Below are positions 37,778 through 49,600 of a stretch of 64,000 nt of DNA, piece by piece. The notes below the pieces were generated by a model. The model was not told the origin of the DNA. It ran no database searches and was given only the letters and a program-made list of their open reading frames with translations. Position numbers and translations under genes: made by a program. Source of the stretch: Gemmatimonadota bacterium (lineage in GTDB: Bacteria; Latescibacterota; UBA2968; UBA8231); NCBI GenBank assembly GCA_038153405.1, contig JAYOYH010000005.1, forward strand, positions 72,176 to 136,175. The letters are read 5' to 3'. Position 1 is the stretch's first letter; each line of letters opens with the position of its first letter.

Positions 37778-39982
37778 TTAGTGATGACCACTACCATGAT
37801 CCGCCGACGGCATCAAGTTGAACGCCGCCCTCTTTAGCGGCACCGCCCTGCCCGCTCCTTCGCGCAGCAACCACGCCCCATCCATCGCAACGCCTTCAAA
37901 GCGCTCCACGGCTCCCGTCGCCGGCCAGCGCACGTCGACAAAGTCGATGGCGCGGGCCTGTCCCAAACCGATTTCCTGCTGCAGACTAGACCCGCCAAAG
38001 CTGCCCCCACTTCCAGCCAGCGCCCATATATCGCGCACGCCATCATCTCGACGCACTCGCACCTGAATGCGCGCGCCGATCGCATCTCGGCTCGACGACA
38101 CGCCCTCCAACTTGAGCGTCACCCAGCCGTTGCCGTGACCGGGATTGGCATAGAGCACATTGTAGTATGCATCCCCCGAGTAGGCACCGCCCATAACCTG
38201 ATAGATATCCTGATCGCCGTCGTTGTCTAAATCGCCAAAGCTAACGCCGTGGCCCTTTTGCAAGTGCCCCGTGCCCGCCGCGCTCGTCACGTCTAGGAAC
38301 TGATCTCCCCCGTCATTGCGATACATGCGATTGGGCAGCAGCGAACGCAAATCCGGATTGCCGGTACCCAAATACACGTCGGCGAAACCGTCATTGTCTA
38401 GGTCGCCGTAGTTCGCTCCCATGACCAGCACCGCCCCTTCCAGTCCCGATTCGACGGACGTAAAACGGCCATCGGCCCCATTGCGAAACAGCCGTGATCG
38501 CGATGCCGACGAAGTCTGCCGCAAATAGACGGCGGCGATATCGATTGCGTCGTTGTCGTAGCCGGCGACGAATATATCGAGCCAGCCGTCGTTATCGTAA
38601 TCGAAAAACCACGTGGGAAAACTCCATTCTGGCTCGGTCACGCCAGCGGCGGCGCCCCGTTCGCTAAATCCCCGTTCGCCGTCATTGCGGTAGAGCGCAT
38701 TTACCTGCCCCATGCGCGACAGAAAGAGGTCGATATCGCCGTCGTTGTCGTAATCGCCCCAAGCAACCCCCTTGACGTAGCCCACATTATCGACCCCTTT
38801 ACTGCGCGCCCGTTCGACGAATTTGGCACCCGCCTCGTTGTGGAAGAGTTCGCAGGGATGCCGTTCCCAGTCGTTGGACTCGTTGCCGATATACAGGTCG
38901 ACAAACCCATCGTTATCGTAATCGCCCCAGGCCGCAGTCTGCGTGGGGTGGAATGAGAGCAGACCCGTCTCGACGGTGGCGTCGACAAAGCGCCCCCCTT
39001 CGTTGCGCAACAGCGAATTGGGGTGATGTCCCTCCTCGTTCCACCATGCTCCCCTAAGGACGAGCACATCGGCATAGCCGTTGTTGTCGTAGTCTGCGTG
39101 CACCATGTTCAACCCGCCGAGTTGTTCGCTCAGGCCGGCCGCTGCTCCGCGTTGGGCAAAGGTGCCGTCACCTCCGTTGACAAAAAACTGCAGCGGATCG
39201 TCCAATCCCCAGGAAGAAGCCATGATATCTAGGTCGCCATCGCCGTCAAAATCTTCGACAATACTGCCGCCGGAAAGCCCTAGCGCATCGACTCCGAGGG
39301 CCGTTGCGACATCGACCAAGCGCCCGACATCGCCTTCCGAAACAAAGACTTCGGGATCAATTCGCCATGCCAAAGGCACGCCGTGCGGATAGTCTCCCAG
39401 AGTCATATAGAGAATGTTGAGCAGCCACCGCGTTGCGCCGTCGTCCGGCCGCTGTGCCAATACCTGGCCATACTCAAGGAGCGCCTGCCGCGCACTTTCC
39501 TGTAACACATGCACGCCAGCAGGCGATATAGGCAATAGGCACGATTCGGTGTTGTGGAGGTTCAGGCAGTTTTCCTGTTCGGCCAAACGCATGTGGGCCA
39601 GCCCCAAAAAAGCGTGCAGCGGCCACGTTGCCCGCAGCGGTGCCGTGCTCTTGCGCCGCGCCAGTTCGTCCTGCACATAGCGGAATTCATCAATCGACTC
39701 GCGCGTGCGCCCGGCGCGCAGTAGCAGGTCGCCCAGTTGCAAACGCAGCCGCGCTGCGCGCGACCAGTTGGGCGCTTCTGCAACGGCCGTGCGCAGCGAA
39801 TCAACTCGCCTTCGATTGAGGTCTTCGTTTAGCTCGACGCGCGTCGTCTGGGCCAGCGCGCGCAGGAGTTCGGCCACTGGGCGAACGGCATCGCCTTCAA
39901 CGGCACCGGCAACACCACACGTGAGAAAACACACCGCACACGCCCATGCCCACCGGCTTGAGGGTCCGCTATCGCGGCACAT
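37778..39982 (-). CDS. CRTAC1-family protein with N-terminal helical/Cys domain
   Basis: EQENCLNLHNTESCLLPI; DFDGDGDLDI repeats; GHLQKGHGVSFGDLDNDGDQDIY; GGSFGGSSLQQEIGLG..VRWP. Confidence 0.9.
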   Translation of the reverse strand: MCRDSGPSSRWAWACAVCFLTCGVAGAVEGDAVRPVAELLRALAQTTRVELNEDLNRRRVDSLRTAVAEAPNWSRAARLRLQLGDLLLRAGRTRESIDEFRYVQDELARRKSTAPLRATWPLHAFLGLAHMRLAEQENCLNLHNTESCLLPISPAGVHVLQESARQALLEYGQVLAQRPDDGATRWLLNILYMTLGDYPHGVPLAWRIDPEVFVSEGDVGRLVDVATALGVDALGLSGGSIVEDFDGDGDLDIMASSWGLDDPLQFFVNGGDGTFAQRGAAAGLSEQLGGLNMVHADYDNNGYADVLVLRGAWWNEEGHHPNSLLRNEGGRFVDATVETGLLSFHPTQTAAWGDYDNDGFVDLYIGNESNDWERHPCELFHNEAGAKFVERARSKGVDNVGYVKGVAWGDYDNDGDIDLFLSRMGQVNALYRNDGERGFSERGAAAGVTEPEWSFPTWFFDYDNDGWLDIFVAGYDNDAIDIAAVYLRQTSSASRSRLFRNGADGRFTSVESGLEGAVLVMGANYGDLDNDGFADVYLGTGNPDLRSLLPNRMYRNDGGDQFLDVTSAAGTGHLQKGHGVSFGDLDNDGDQDIYQVMGGAYSGDAYYNVLYANPGHGNGWVTLKLEGVSSSRDAIGARIQVRVRRDDGVRDIWALAGSGGSFGGSSLQQEIGLGQARAIDFVDVRWPATGAVERFEGVAMDGAWLLREGAGRAVPLKRAAFNLMPSADHGSGHH

Positions 39983-39995
39983 AACTCGGCCTTTT

Positions 39996-41636
39996 TTATT
40001 CGATTGACTCATAGACGATGAGCTGCTGATCAGCCTTGATATCCACCATCTCCTGCAACCGCCCGCTGGGCCATTCTACAATCAGTCGATCTACGCGATC
40101 GCTGGCCCCCAGGCCAAAGTGGAGTCGCAAATCGCTGTGCGACAGGTAGCTGCCGCCGCTCTGCACCTCGGCGTGCCGAGTGCGTCCACCGGCTTCTACG
40201 CGCACGCGCGCACCGATGCCATCGCGATTGCTCTCCCTGCCGACTAGCTTCACCTGTAGGTAGTGACGCTGCGGATTGCCATCGTTGCGCAACAGCGTCG
40301 GTAGCGCATTGAGGTTTAAAACAAAAATATCCACGTCGCCGTCTGCATCGTAATCGGCAAAGCTCGCCCCGCGACTGACGCTGCGCACGGCCAACCCCGG
40401 GCCGGCATTGGCCGTCACTTCGACAAACTGGCCATCGCGATTTTCAAAAAGCGAGTTGAGCTGCTCGTAGCTCGAATTGAGCAGGGGCTTATTGGCCTGC
40501 GGATAGGTGTGCCCGTTGGCCACAAATAGGTCGAAGTCGCCGTCGTTGTCCGCATCGAAAAAACCCGTGCCCCAAGCGACTAGGCTGCGATCCGCACGGC
40601 CTATACCCGAAGAAAATGCGACGTCGGTAAAAAAGCCGCCGCCCTCGTTGTCGTAGAGCGCGTTGGCTTCGTCGGCAAAATTTGTCACAAAGATATCGGC
40701 GCGCCCATTGCCATTATAATCGCCAAACGCAGCCCCCATACACCCTTGCTCAACTCCTTCGCCGCTGTAGGCGACACCGGCCATCAGCGCCGACTCGACA
40801 AAGGTCCCATCCCCCTCGTTGTGGTAGAGCTTATTCGGCGTCGAATCATCGGCAACAAAGAGATCGGGCCAACCGTCGGCGTCGTAATCGCCCCACAGTG
40901 CACTCATGCCGTAGAATTTTTCCGCAGAAAGACCCGCGGCCACAGTGACGTCGACAAAGGTGCCATCGCCTTCGTTGCGGTAGAGCACATCGGCGGCCGG
41001 CAGCAGTCCGACAGGACCGCAGTATACGCTGACATTTTTCCACAGGCAGGGAATCGGCGACTCGTACTCGAGCGAAAAGTCTACGTAGTTGGCCACGTAG
41101 AGGTCCGCGTCGCCATCGCGGTCGTAGTCGGCAAACGCCACGCCCGTACCCCATCGGCGATCCCCCACGCCGGCCGCGTCTGTCGCATCGACAAAACGCC
41201 CATCGCCGTCGTTGCGGTAGAGGGTGTTGCGACCAAAATTGCTCACGTATAGATCGGCATCGCCGTCGTTGTCGTAGTCGCTGACAGCGATCCCCATCGA
41301 CCAGCTAGTGTCGCCGACGGCCGCCGAGGCAGTCACGTCGGAAAACAGCCCGCTGCCCTCGTTGCGATAGAGGGCATTACGCGGGTGTTGCCCCTCTTCA
41401 AAGCCATCAAACGACGAGCCGTTGGCGATATAGAGATCGACATCGCCGTCGTTATCGTAGTCGAAAAAGGCCGCCCCCCCCATCATGCCCTCGACAATGT
41501 AGCGCTGATCGGAACCCGACGTGTTGACCAAGGAAATGCCCGCCGCTTCCGTCGCATCGACGAAATACAGCCCCTCGCCTACTGCCTGTCCGCTCAGCGC
41601 GGCAACCAGCGCGCCTATCGCAGCGACAACCTTCAT
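39996..41636 (-). CDS. CRTAC1-family protein (FG-GAP + ASPIC/UnbV)
   Basis: SD AGGAG; signal peptide; FDYDNDGDVDLY; SNRDGIGARV..GGSYLSHSDLRLHFGLG. Confidence 0.92.
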   Translation of the reverse strand: MKVVAAIGALVAALSGQAVGEGLYFVDATEAAGISLVNTSGSDQRYIVEGMMGGAAFFDYDNDGDVDLYIANGSSFDGFEEGQHPRNALYRNEGSGLFSDVTASAAVGDTSWSMGIAVSDYDNDGDADLYVSNFGRNTLYRNDGDGRFVDATDAAGVGDRRWGTGVAFADYDRDGDADLYVANYVDFSLEYESPIPCLWKNVSVYCGPVGLLPAADVLYRNEGDGTFVDVTVAAGLSAEKFYGMSALWGDYDADGWPDLFVADDSTPNKLYHNEGDGTFVESALMAGVAYSGEGVEQGCMGAAFGDYNGNGRADIFVTNFADEANALYDNEGGGFFTDVAFSSGIGRADRSLVAWGTGFFDADNDGDFDLFVANGHTYPQANKPLLNSSYEQLNSLFENRDGQFVEVTANAGPGLAVRSVSRGASFADYDADGDVDIFVLNLNALPTLLRNDGNPQRHYLQVKLVGRESNRDGIGARVRVEAGGRTRHAEVQSGGSYLSHSDLRLHFGLGASDRVDRLIVEWPSGRLQEMVDIKADQQLIVYESIE

Positions 41637-41640
41637 GTAC

Positions 41641-43488
41641 TCACTCCTGTATGACGCGCAGAAATTGATTAATGGACACATCTCCTAGCGCTTGGCGCTG
41701 GCCGTCTGGCCAGGTAATTATCAACTCGTCTACGGATGTGCAGGTTCCCAAGCCAAAGTGCAAGCGCGGGTCGCTCGCCGACAAATAAGAGCCTCCGCCC
41801 AACCGCTGCCGCGTCTGTATCTGCTCCCCACAGCGCAGCCGTACGCGGGCGCCGACGGCATCGCGGTTGTTCCCTACGCCGACCAACTCAACCGAAAGCC
41901 AATGGCGCGCAACGCTGTCGTTGCGATAGAGAACGGCCGGGCCATTTCCATTGGTGACCAACAAGTCGATATCGCCATCGTTATCGTAATCGCCGGATGC
42001 GGCACCGCGCGAAACGTTTTCTATCGAAAAGGCAGGGCCGCTCTGTGCCGAAGCGTCAATGAATACACCGTCTGCCAAGAGCAAGAGTTGGTTGGTCTGG
42101 GCATAGCGCAAATCGGCATCCTGCTGTGCCACGCGGTCGAGTACGTGTCCGTTGGCAATGAAAACGTCCTGATCTGCATCGTTATCGGCATCAAAAAAGA
42201 GGGCGCCAAAACCCAAGGGCAGAAATGTGCTCTCGTGCAGTCCGACGATTTCGCTCTGGTCGCTGAACTTCCCATCCCCTTCGTTGCGGTAGAGCGTATT
42301 GCTCTCGCGCGAAAAGTTGGTCACGAGTACATCGATGTCGTCATCGTAGTCATAGTCGGCAGCGGCAATGCCCATACCTGCTTCGGGCTGGCCCTGGCCA
42401 TTGTAGGCCAACCCCGCTTCTAGGGCATTTTCGGCAAAGCGTTGACCATCATTTCGATAGAGAAAGTTGCGCATGCCGTCGTTGGCTACAAACAGGTCGA
42501 TATCGCCATCCAAATCGAGGTCGGTAGCCACTACGCCCAATCCCTTGCCGTAGACGTTAAAAACACCACTGGAGCGCGATATGTCGGTGAAGGCACCATC
42601 GCCCTCGTTGCGATAGAGCACGTCGGGAGCACCGTTATAGCGACGCGGACTACAATACGTGCGGCGATCACGCGGAACCAACAGCGCGCGACCAGCCGAA
42701 CTATTCGCGGTCGATACGGCGCTGCCGCACAGGCGATTGTTGCTCGGACTAGCGTCTAGATAATTTGCTACGTAGAGATCGAGATCGCCGTCGTTATCGG
42801 CATCAAAAAATGCAGCGCTGCTGCCCCAGTGCGGATCGCCTACGCCCGCTCCGGCCGTCTCATCGACAAAAGAACCCTGGCCCCCATTCCGGTAGAGCAC
42901 ATTGACGCCGTAATTGGTCACGTATAGATCGGCATGCCCGTCGCCGTTGTAGTCGCCAACGGCCACGCCCATGCCATAGCCCGCATCATCCGCACCGCTG
43001 TGCGCGCTCACGTCGACAAAGATCCCCTGCCGGCTGTGCAACAGGCGGTTGCGCACGACGTCCCCGGCCCGCTCTTGTTGAAGGGCGAATACCGCGCTGT
43101 CGACCTGCCCATCAAAGCGCAGCGGTGCCTGATACTCTTCAGCTACCCAGTGGCCATTCTCGTCGTTAGCCACTTCGTTGGACGGGCGAAAGATCCCCTG
43201 CCAAGGCCCCAGATCAAACCCGTCAACCAGATAGATATCTAGCCAGCCATCGCCGTCAACGTCGACGAAGGCGGCCCCTGAACCCATTGTTTCAAATAGG
43301 AAATAGTCGCCGCGCGCACCGCTAGTGTGGCGAAAAGCTATACCCGCATCCTGCGTGCCGTCGACAAAGTTAGGGCGCGAAGGATCCGGTCCACCGCAGG
43401 CATAGAGACAAGTGAGTGCACTCAAGACGAGTAAAGGACGATAAATAGCAGGATCTCCAAGCGAGGGCGATACGCATACAATGGGCAC
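41641..43488 (-). CDS. CRTAC1-family lipoprotein (FG-GAP + ASPIC/UnbV)
   Basis: Lipobox LYAC; ETMGSGAAFVDVDGDGWLDIY; GGSYLSASDPRLHFGLG. Start uncertain (GTG 43488 or ATT 43446). Confidence 0.9.
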   Translation of the reverse strand: MPIVCVSPSLGDPAIYRPLLVLSALTCLYACGGPDPSRPNFVDGTQDAGIAFRHTSGARGDYFLFETMGSGAAFVDVDGDGWLDIYLVDGFDLGPWQGIFRPSNEVANDENGHWVAEEYQAPLRFDGQVDSAVFALQQERAGDVVRNRLLHSRQGIFVDVSAHSGADDAGYGMGVAVGDYNGDGHADLYVTNYGVNVLYRNGGQGSFVDETAGAGVGDPHWGSSAAFFDADNDGDLDLYVANYLDASPSNNRLCGSAVSTANSSAGRALLVPRDRRTYCSPRRYNGAPDVLYRNEGDGAFTDISRSSGVFNVYGKGLGVVATDLDLDGDIDLFVANDGMRNFLYRNDGQRFAENALEAGLAYNGQGQPEAGMGIAAADYDYDDDIDVLVTNFSRESNTLYRNEGDGKFSDQSEIVGLHESTFLPLGFGALFFDADNDADQDVFIANGHVLDRVAQQDADLRYAQTNQLLLLADGVFIDASAQSGPAFSIENVSRGAASGDYDNDGDIDLLVTNGNGPAVLYRNDSVARHWLSVELVGVGNNRDAVGARVRLRCGEQIQTRQRLGGGSYLSASDPRLHFGLGTCTSVDELIITWPDGQRQALGDVSINQFLRVIQE

Positions 43489-43610
43489 AGTGGACGCAAC
43501 AGCAATCCATATTTTCGTCCGTTAAAATAGAGGCACACCCCTTGAGGGCAAGCGCCCCCACCCATAGCAGGGGCTCGAGCCGCGGGCAAACCGAGTGCGC
43601 GCAACGCCCA

Positions 43611-46600
43611 CTACATAATGGTGATCGGATTACCCGACCCGTCAAAGGCGTAATCGATTACCAACCAAAAACCACCGGCTACCGCCTCACCCAAGATCAG
43701 ACCGAGGAAAAAGGGCTTGAGCCGCTCGTAGAGCAGCGCGCCGCCCAGACGGGTTATAACCAGCTTAGATAGCCAAGCGACAAAGACGGAGAACCACACC
43801 TGGCCCGTGAGCCAGCCAATGCTAATGACAAATCCCAGCGGATGCAGTGGCCACCAATAAAAGCGGTGATGGCCCCACATCAGCATGCCTTCTATTAGAC
43901 CACCAATGCCGGTAAAGAGCCAACCGCGCCACACCGGCCCCTGCGGTTCGACAATAACCCGCGCCATATCGGCAAAGGTGCGCTGAGCCTGATGACGCAT
44001 AAAGAACGAGTGCAGGTTGATGCCGCCGTGCGTATAGCACATATCGAGGATAATCCAGGTAGCGCCGACTAGCGAAACGACAATGGCCAAGACCATGCCC
44101 CAAAACAGGCGTCCCTTAGGCCCTTTTACCGAATCGGCCAACTTCAGGCTGTTGGCGCAGGCGATCATCGGGAACAGGCGCATCTCCGACTGCCATATAT
44201 AGGTAAAAGTCATCGCCACCAATCCCTTGGCTCCGACGATCGACGAACCGATGCCGGAAAATACGACAAAGGCGGCAATCATCGGCGAGCGCGCCGTCGG
44301 CACCCCGGCAGCGGCGACCACGCGGGTGACAAAGACGTAGAACAGCAGGCTCGTGGCCAGAAACGCCGGTAGCACGATAAGAGGTATGCCGGAAGCCCAA
44401 AGCCAGTAGGCAACAAAGGCCAAGCTGCCCAAAAAGCCGAATACGGCCGTGCGATACGACAGCAGTTCATCGCTATCGTCCAAATCGCCCTGACCGCTCC
44501 ATGCCTTGCGCCAGACCGCGGCCAAATGGTGGCGACCAATCCACAGCGAGTAGAGGACGAATACGAGGCAGGCGCCCATCGACTGGTGCGTCAGATCGGC
44601 CGTTTGCGAAAAGGAATAGAGACTGAGCTGCTCGGTTGAAGCGATGCCCAAGCCCTTAAAAACGCTCTCTTGCACTTTGCCCAACACGTAAAACACCCAG
44701 ATGCTGAGCGAAATATCGAGATTGACCAAATAGAAAAATCCAATCCAGGCGAAACCGTAGTCTAGCGGCAGATGGATATTCGCGCCAAAGAGCTGCAGGC
44801 CGGGCAGCGACATATTCCAATCGGGCCAAGCGGGCCAATAGTGGTGCATACCCGATAGACCGGGCAGCAAAAAAGCCACGGCGAAGCCCACCCAAAGGGC
44901 GCGCTGGCGAAAAAAGGGCAACACCCACTGAAACGGCCCTTCGCTCCCTTCGATCATGCGCAGCGGCAGCTCGACCATGGGATAGGCCAGCCGTTCATTT
45001 TGCGCCCATTGCCGGTGCAAAATCGACGACATGCAGATCATCAAAAAGCTGAGCGCAACAAAGAATGCATACCACGCGCCCAGCGGCTCCAGCCACGCTT
45101 CCCAAGGTATTTGTCCACCAGCGGATCCCTCGTGTAATTGGCGAATGGCCTCCATATCGCTGGGCGCCAGCCAGCGCTCGACGTGGGGGAAAAATAGCTC
45201 TGCCCACTTGTTTTCCGGCGTCGCGTAATAGTACAGTCCGCTGATGACGGGAATCAGATAGCCGACAAAAGCCTGCGTGGGCACCGCCACGGCCATTAGC
45301 AACATCGAATAGACCAATACGAGGTCGGCCCGCTTCAGGGCCAGCGTGCGCCGCAGCCCCCCTAAGAGCGCGTTGCCAAAGAAGATAAAGAGGAAAAATA
45401 GGAATATGGCTGCCGGTGAAGAGCTGTTGCGGGCCATAAACGACCCCTTGAGCAGCATGACGCCATAGGGGGCACCCATCCCGATGGCTAGGGCACCTGC
45501 CGTGCCGACAGCCAACCCCTTCCAAGTAAACGGCGAGCGTCCCTCTGCAGGTGCTTCTTCGACGACCAAGGTCGGTGTATGATCCGCCGACTCGACGACG
45601 TCTACTGGCGCGCTTAGCAATTCCTCGGTCTGCTGGCGATGCTCGAGGCGCACATCGTCTTCTAGCGCGTGCCAGATCAGTAGCTGTTTGCGCAGCGCAT
45701 TGAGAAAGCGCCCGTTGAGCCGCTGCCAGTAAAAGCGCTCGCCGCTGAGCCGCTGCAGCGATACGTCAATAGCATACATGCGCTTGGCATCGGTCTCGAC
45801 AAATTCCAGCCTAACCTCTTGGCTCACCCCCAAGTCAAACGGAGCTAACCATAGGTCAAAGGCCACGCACAGGCGGCCATTCACCTCGTTTACACGCACT
45901 CGATCAGCGTGCATATGGCCAACCGCCCCAGCGCTAAACGAGCGAAAATAGCTGTAGAGAAATCCACTGACGCCCCTTACCTCGGATGCACCGACCATAA
46001 AGGGAAAGCGAAAGCTCCAGCAATCGTCGGTCGGCGGCTCGGGCTCCCAGCGCCGAATGACGTCGGGCACGGCGGCGCGTGCGGCCAAGCGCGCCGGATA
46101 CATCGTCGATAGAAGCACGACCAACATAACGGCCAGCGCCGAGGAAATGGCCGCCGTAGAAGAGTAGTTCAGCGTCAGGCCACCTAGCATATCGGCCGCC
46201 AGCAGCACGCGGCCAACGCCCTGTCCCATCAGGTAACCCAGCGCCGCACCGAGCACGGCGTACACGCAGGCCTCGGCAATAAAGAGCAGCGAAATGTGTA
46301 CGGGTGCGAGACCGACCGAAGAATAAATACCAATTTCGCGGAAGCGTTCATAGACAGCCCCCATCATGGCATTGAGCACGATGAGCGCCGCGATCATGGC
46401 AGGTATAATAAGCGCCCCCATGCCCTGGACGGACGTAATGCCAAAAGAAGAGTATGCAACGGTCTCCAGTCGGCCATCGCCGCTTTTCTTACCGACAAAG
46501 AGCGCCGTTTCAATGCGCAGCAGAAAATCTTCTACCAGCTGCTGCGCATTGACGCGCCCATCAAAGCGCAGCGCCAGCGAGCGCAGACGGCCGCCCGCAT

Positions 46601-49600
46601 CGCGCAGCACACCACTCGACGCGATCAGAACGCGCGATGCGTCGAGGTGCACAAAGGGCTTGATATCTTCTATATCATCGCTTTCTTCAACGCGCACTTC
46701 CCGCGCGGCGTTATAGCTTTGAAAAGCCGACATCTGAAAGTCAGCCGGCGTGAGCGGCTCGCCGTCCAAGTCGCGCAGCGCGTTGAATTTTTCGGCATCG
46801 ACCAAGCCTATTACGCGCAGAGAGCGACCAAAGACGGATACCTGAGCAGTGCCCACATCTTCTATACCAAGTCCCAGTTCAGCGGCCATCTCTGCGGATA
46901 GGATACACGCCTTCTCGTCGGGGCTAGTAAAGAACCGCCCCGCTAGCAGAACGCCACCGAAACCGGTGACCTCCGTCTCGTTGGGACCAAGTCCCAGCAA
47001 GCCCAGCGCGCGGGCCCGGCGCGCCCCGGCATCGACGACGATATAACTCTTGTCCTCTCCGCTATCGGGCGTATACCACAGGCGAGGGGTCAGCGTGCTG
47101 CCGCGAGCAAAATGAGAGCGCGCGTATTCGGCTAACGGCTCCCCCAACTCGTCCCAGCCGCGCGTGCGCAGCAGCACGCCCTCGTAAGCGGCCGGCCGAT
47201 CCAAATTGAGCGCGACAAAGCGAATGCCGCTATCGAAAGTGGCAAATGAGAGCAGCGTGAAGGTGAGGAGGACCAGCGTGGTCAGCGTCAGTCCCGTGCG
47301 CAGTCGCCGCCGCCGCATATTGGAGATGCCAAGCATAAAGGCGCTGTAGGCCGCGCTCAGCCGGCTGATATCGCGATCGTGTACCTTGGCCATTCGGCGT
47401 CGGTTCTCGTCGACGTAGCGGAGAAAGCGTCCGATAAGCATACAGAGCACGAACGTCGCCAGCGCCATAATGGCGAACGCCAGCAAGACGACGAGTGGGT
47501 GAGCAATTTCAAACGCCGGATGCACGCTGGAAATGGCCATCCAAACGAGTAATAACAGCGCAAAGAAACCCACTAGCTGACGGCGTATATCCGAAGCGGC
47601 AAAGAGCAGCCGTTCGCCAAAGAACGCGGCAGGCACGACCAGCACGAGAAAGAATACCATGCCCTTTATCACATCGTTGAGCACGCCGAGCACTTCCGGA
47701 TAGGCGCGCGCCTCGATGCCCAGCGCCTCGCGCGACAGCGCCACGTAGCGCTCCCAGTCGAGTTTGTCGCGCGCGCGCTCGGCCCCGTCTATCAGCGCGG
47801 CGACGCGCTCGTGTAGGCGATCTATCCGCGCGTTTTCAATGGCGTGACTGCGCATCGAACGCATGCGTGCTTCGTCTAAATTCCACATGTCGCGCGCCGC
47901 CTGCAGCGCAGTAAAACCCAGGGGATCATCGCCGACGAGGAAGCCGCGACCGCGCGCTTCTTCTTCGCTGCGATACCCATCGCTATTGAGCAAGAGTTGG
48001 CGTTGATCGACATCGCCAACCAGCAGCTTCAAGCGATCTTCTTCCTGCATACTGGTCGCGCCGAACAGCACGCCAAAAACCTGCTGAGCGCGCTGGCCGA
48101 TTGAATAGCCGTACTGCCGCGGTTCGACGCCGCGGCCGTCGAGCACCTTAACGGCATTCACTGCGCGCAGCGAACGCGGTTCGATCAAGCCGTAGAGGGG
48201 ACGGCCCAGCGCGGGAAAGAGCACGACGGTCTGGTCGTGCGTCTCCCAGCGCACGCCGACCGGTATCAACCCCTTACCCGTCGCCTTACCCGTAAACTTC
48301 TGGGCCCGTTCGCTCAGATCGGGCGCGTAGGAGATAGCTCCTTCTCCATCAAAGGCATAGGCCGCCATCAGATAGCTACCTATGGGCAACGCCTGAGCTA
48401 AGGCGACGCCGTTTTCATCCCCCAACAAATAGCGCATTGAGCGCACGCCCTTCACATCGCCTTGCTGCACCCCACCCAGCGTCACCAAGCCGCTGATAGG
48501 GCGATCAGGCACCTGCGAACGACGCGGAAACGCCCTCATCTTAAAGCGCACATCGCGCAGATTGTCTTTGAGCCGACTGCGCAGCGCAGCGGCTTCGAGC
48601 AATAGGCTATCGTCTCGAGCGGCCTGTATCACGAGCGCGCCAATTAAATCGCTCTGCCGTTGGGCATGTTCATACTGTACGCGCTCGGGCACATCGAGCG
48701 GCGAATCGGCGCCCTGACGCCCGTCGAAAATAGTCGCCAACGTCAGCGCAATGTGGCCCGCCTCCATCACGCGCTGCCCCTCGGTATTCAGACCGCCAGG
48801 CACGTAAGAGGACCAGTCCATACCGCGAATGGGACTGATGCCGTTGGCTAGCGCCTCGCGCCCCGAAACGACCGCTGTGCCCGCCTGCTCGGCATAGCGC
48901 ACAAAACGCCGACCAAAGGGCGCAAAGAAGCGCTTGAAAGCGAAGTCGCTGGCATTGTCCCAAATGCCCAACTCACCGCTCTGCGATGAAAGATCAAGGC
49001 CAATAAAAAGATCGATATCGAGCGCGTCGCGCTGCTGAGCGCGGTAGTGTGGATGGCGGCGCATATAGCGCTGAAGAAACGCACCGATGCCCTGGCGATC
49101 TTGAAAATGGGCCCCGCTGGCCAATACAATTACCGAGCGCGGCACCTCTTCTCGCCCTAGGCGATCGGCCAGTTCGAGTAGAGCGCCGATGCCTACCGCC
49201 GCTTCAGCGCCCGGTGCACGCGCCGGCACGAGCGAGTTGGCGTCGTAATAGGAGGAAACGAGTAGCGTCTCTTCACGCCGCTGGGCATCGCTGCCGGGAA
49301 AGCGCGCCCAAATATTCCACGCGGTCTTGCGCTGCCACTCCATGCGGCTAAACAGCTCGACCGAAACTTCGCCATCGGCGGCTCTGCGCCGCAGCGCATC
49401 GCCTTCGTGCGGATCGACCCAAAAGCGCGGCACGTCCAGCGGCACGTCAGCTACTTTTTCTTCTATTTCGCGTAGGGAAGTTGACGTTGGAGCAATAAAC
49501 ACGACGGCGCGCGCGCCCAGCAACGCGGCGTTGAGCCAGTTCGCTCCGCTGGTAAAGTCGAGTAAGACGACGCGCCCTTCTACCGGGCGGCCATTAAAGT

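Noticed and set aside
34361..43488. Enediyne biosynthetic cluster (UnbV-like genes)
   Set aside because: No enediyne PKS, thioesterase or other cassette gene is present. ASPIC/UnbV proteins are widespread outside such clusters.
43370..43510. Cys-rich peptide MDCCCVHCAHC... as a metallothionein or RiPP precursor
   Set aside because: It overlaps the CRTAC1 gene start in another frame, has a weak SD and has no modifying enzymes nearby. Probably chance.
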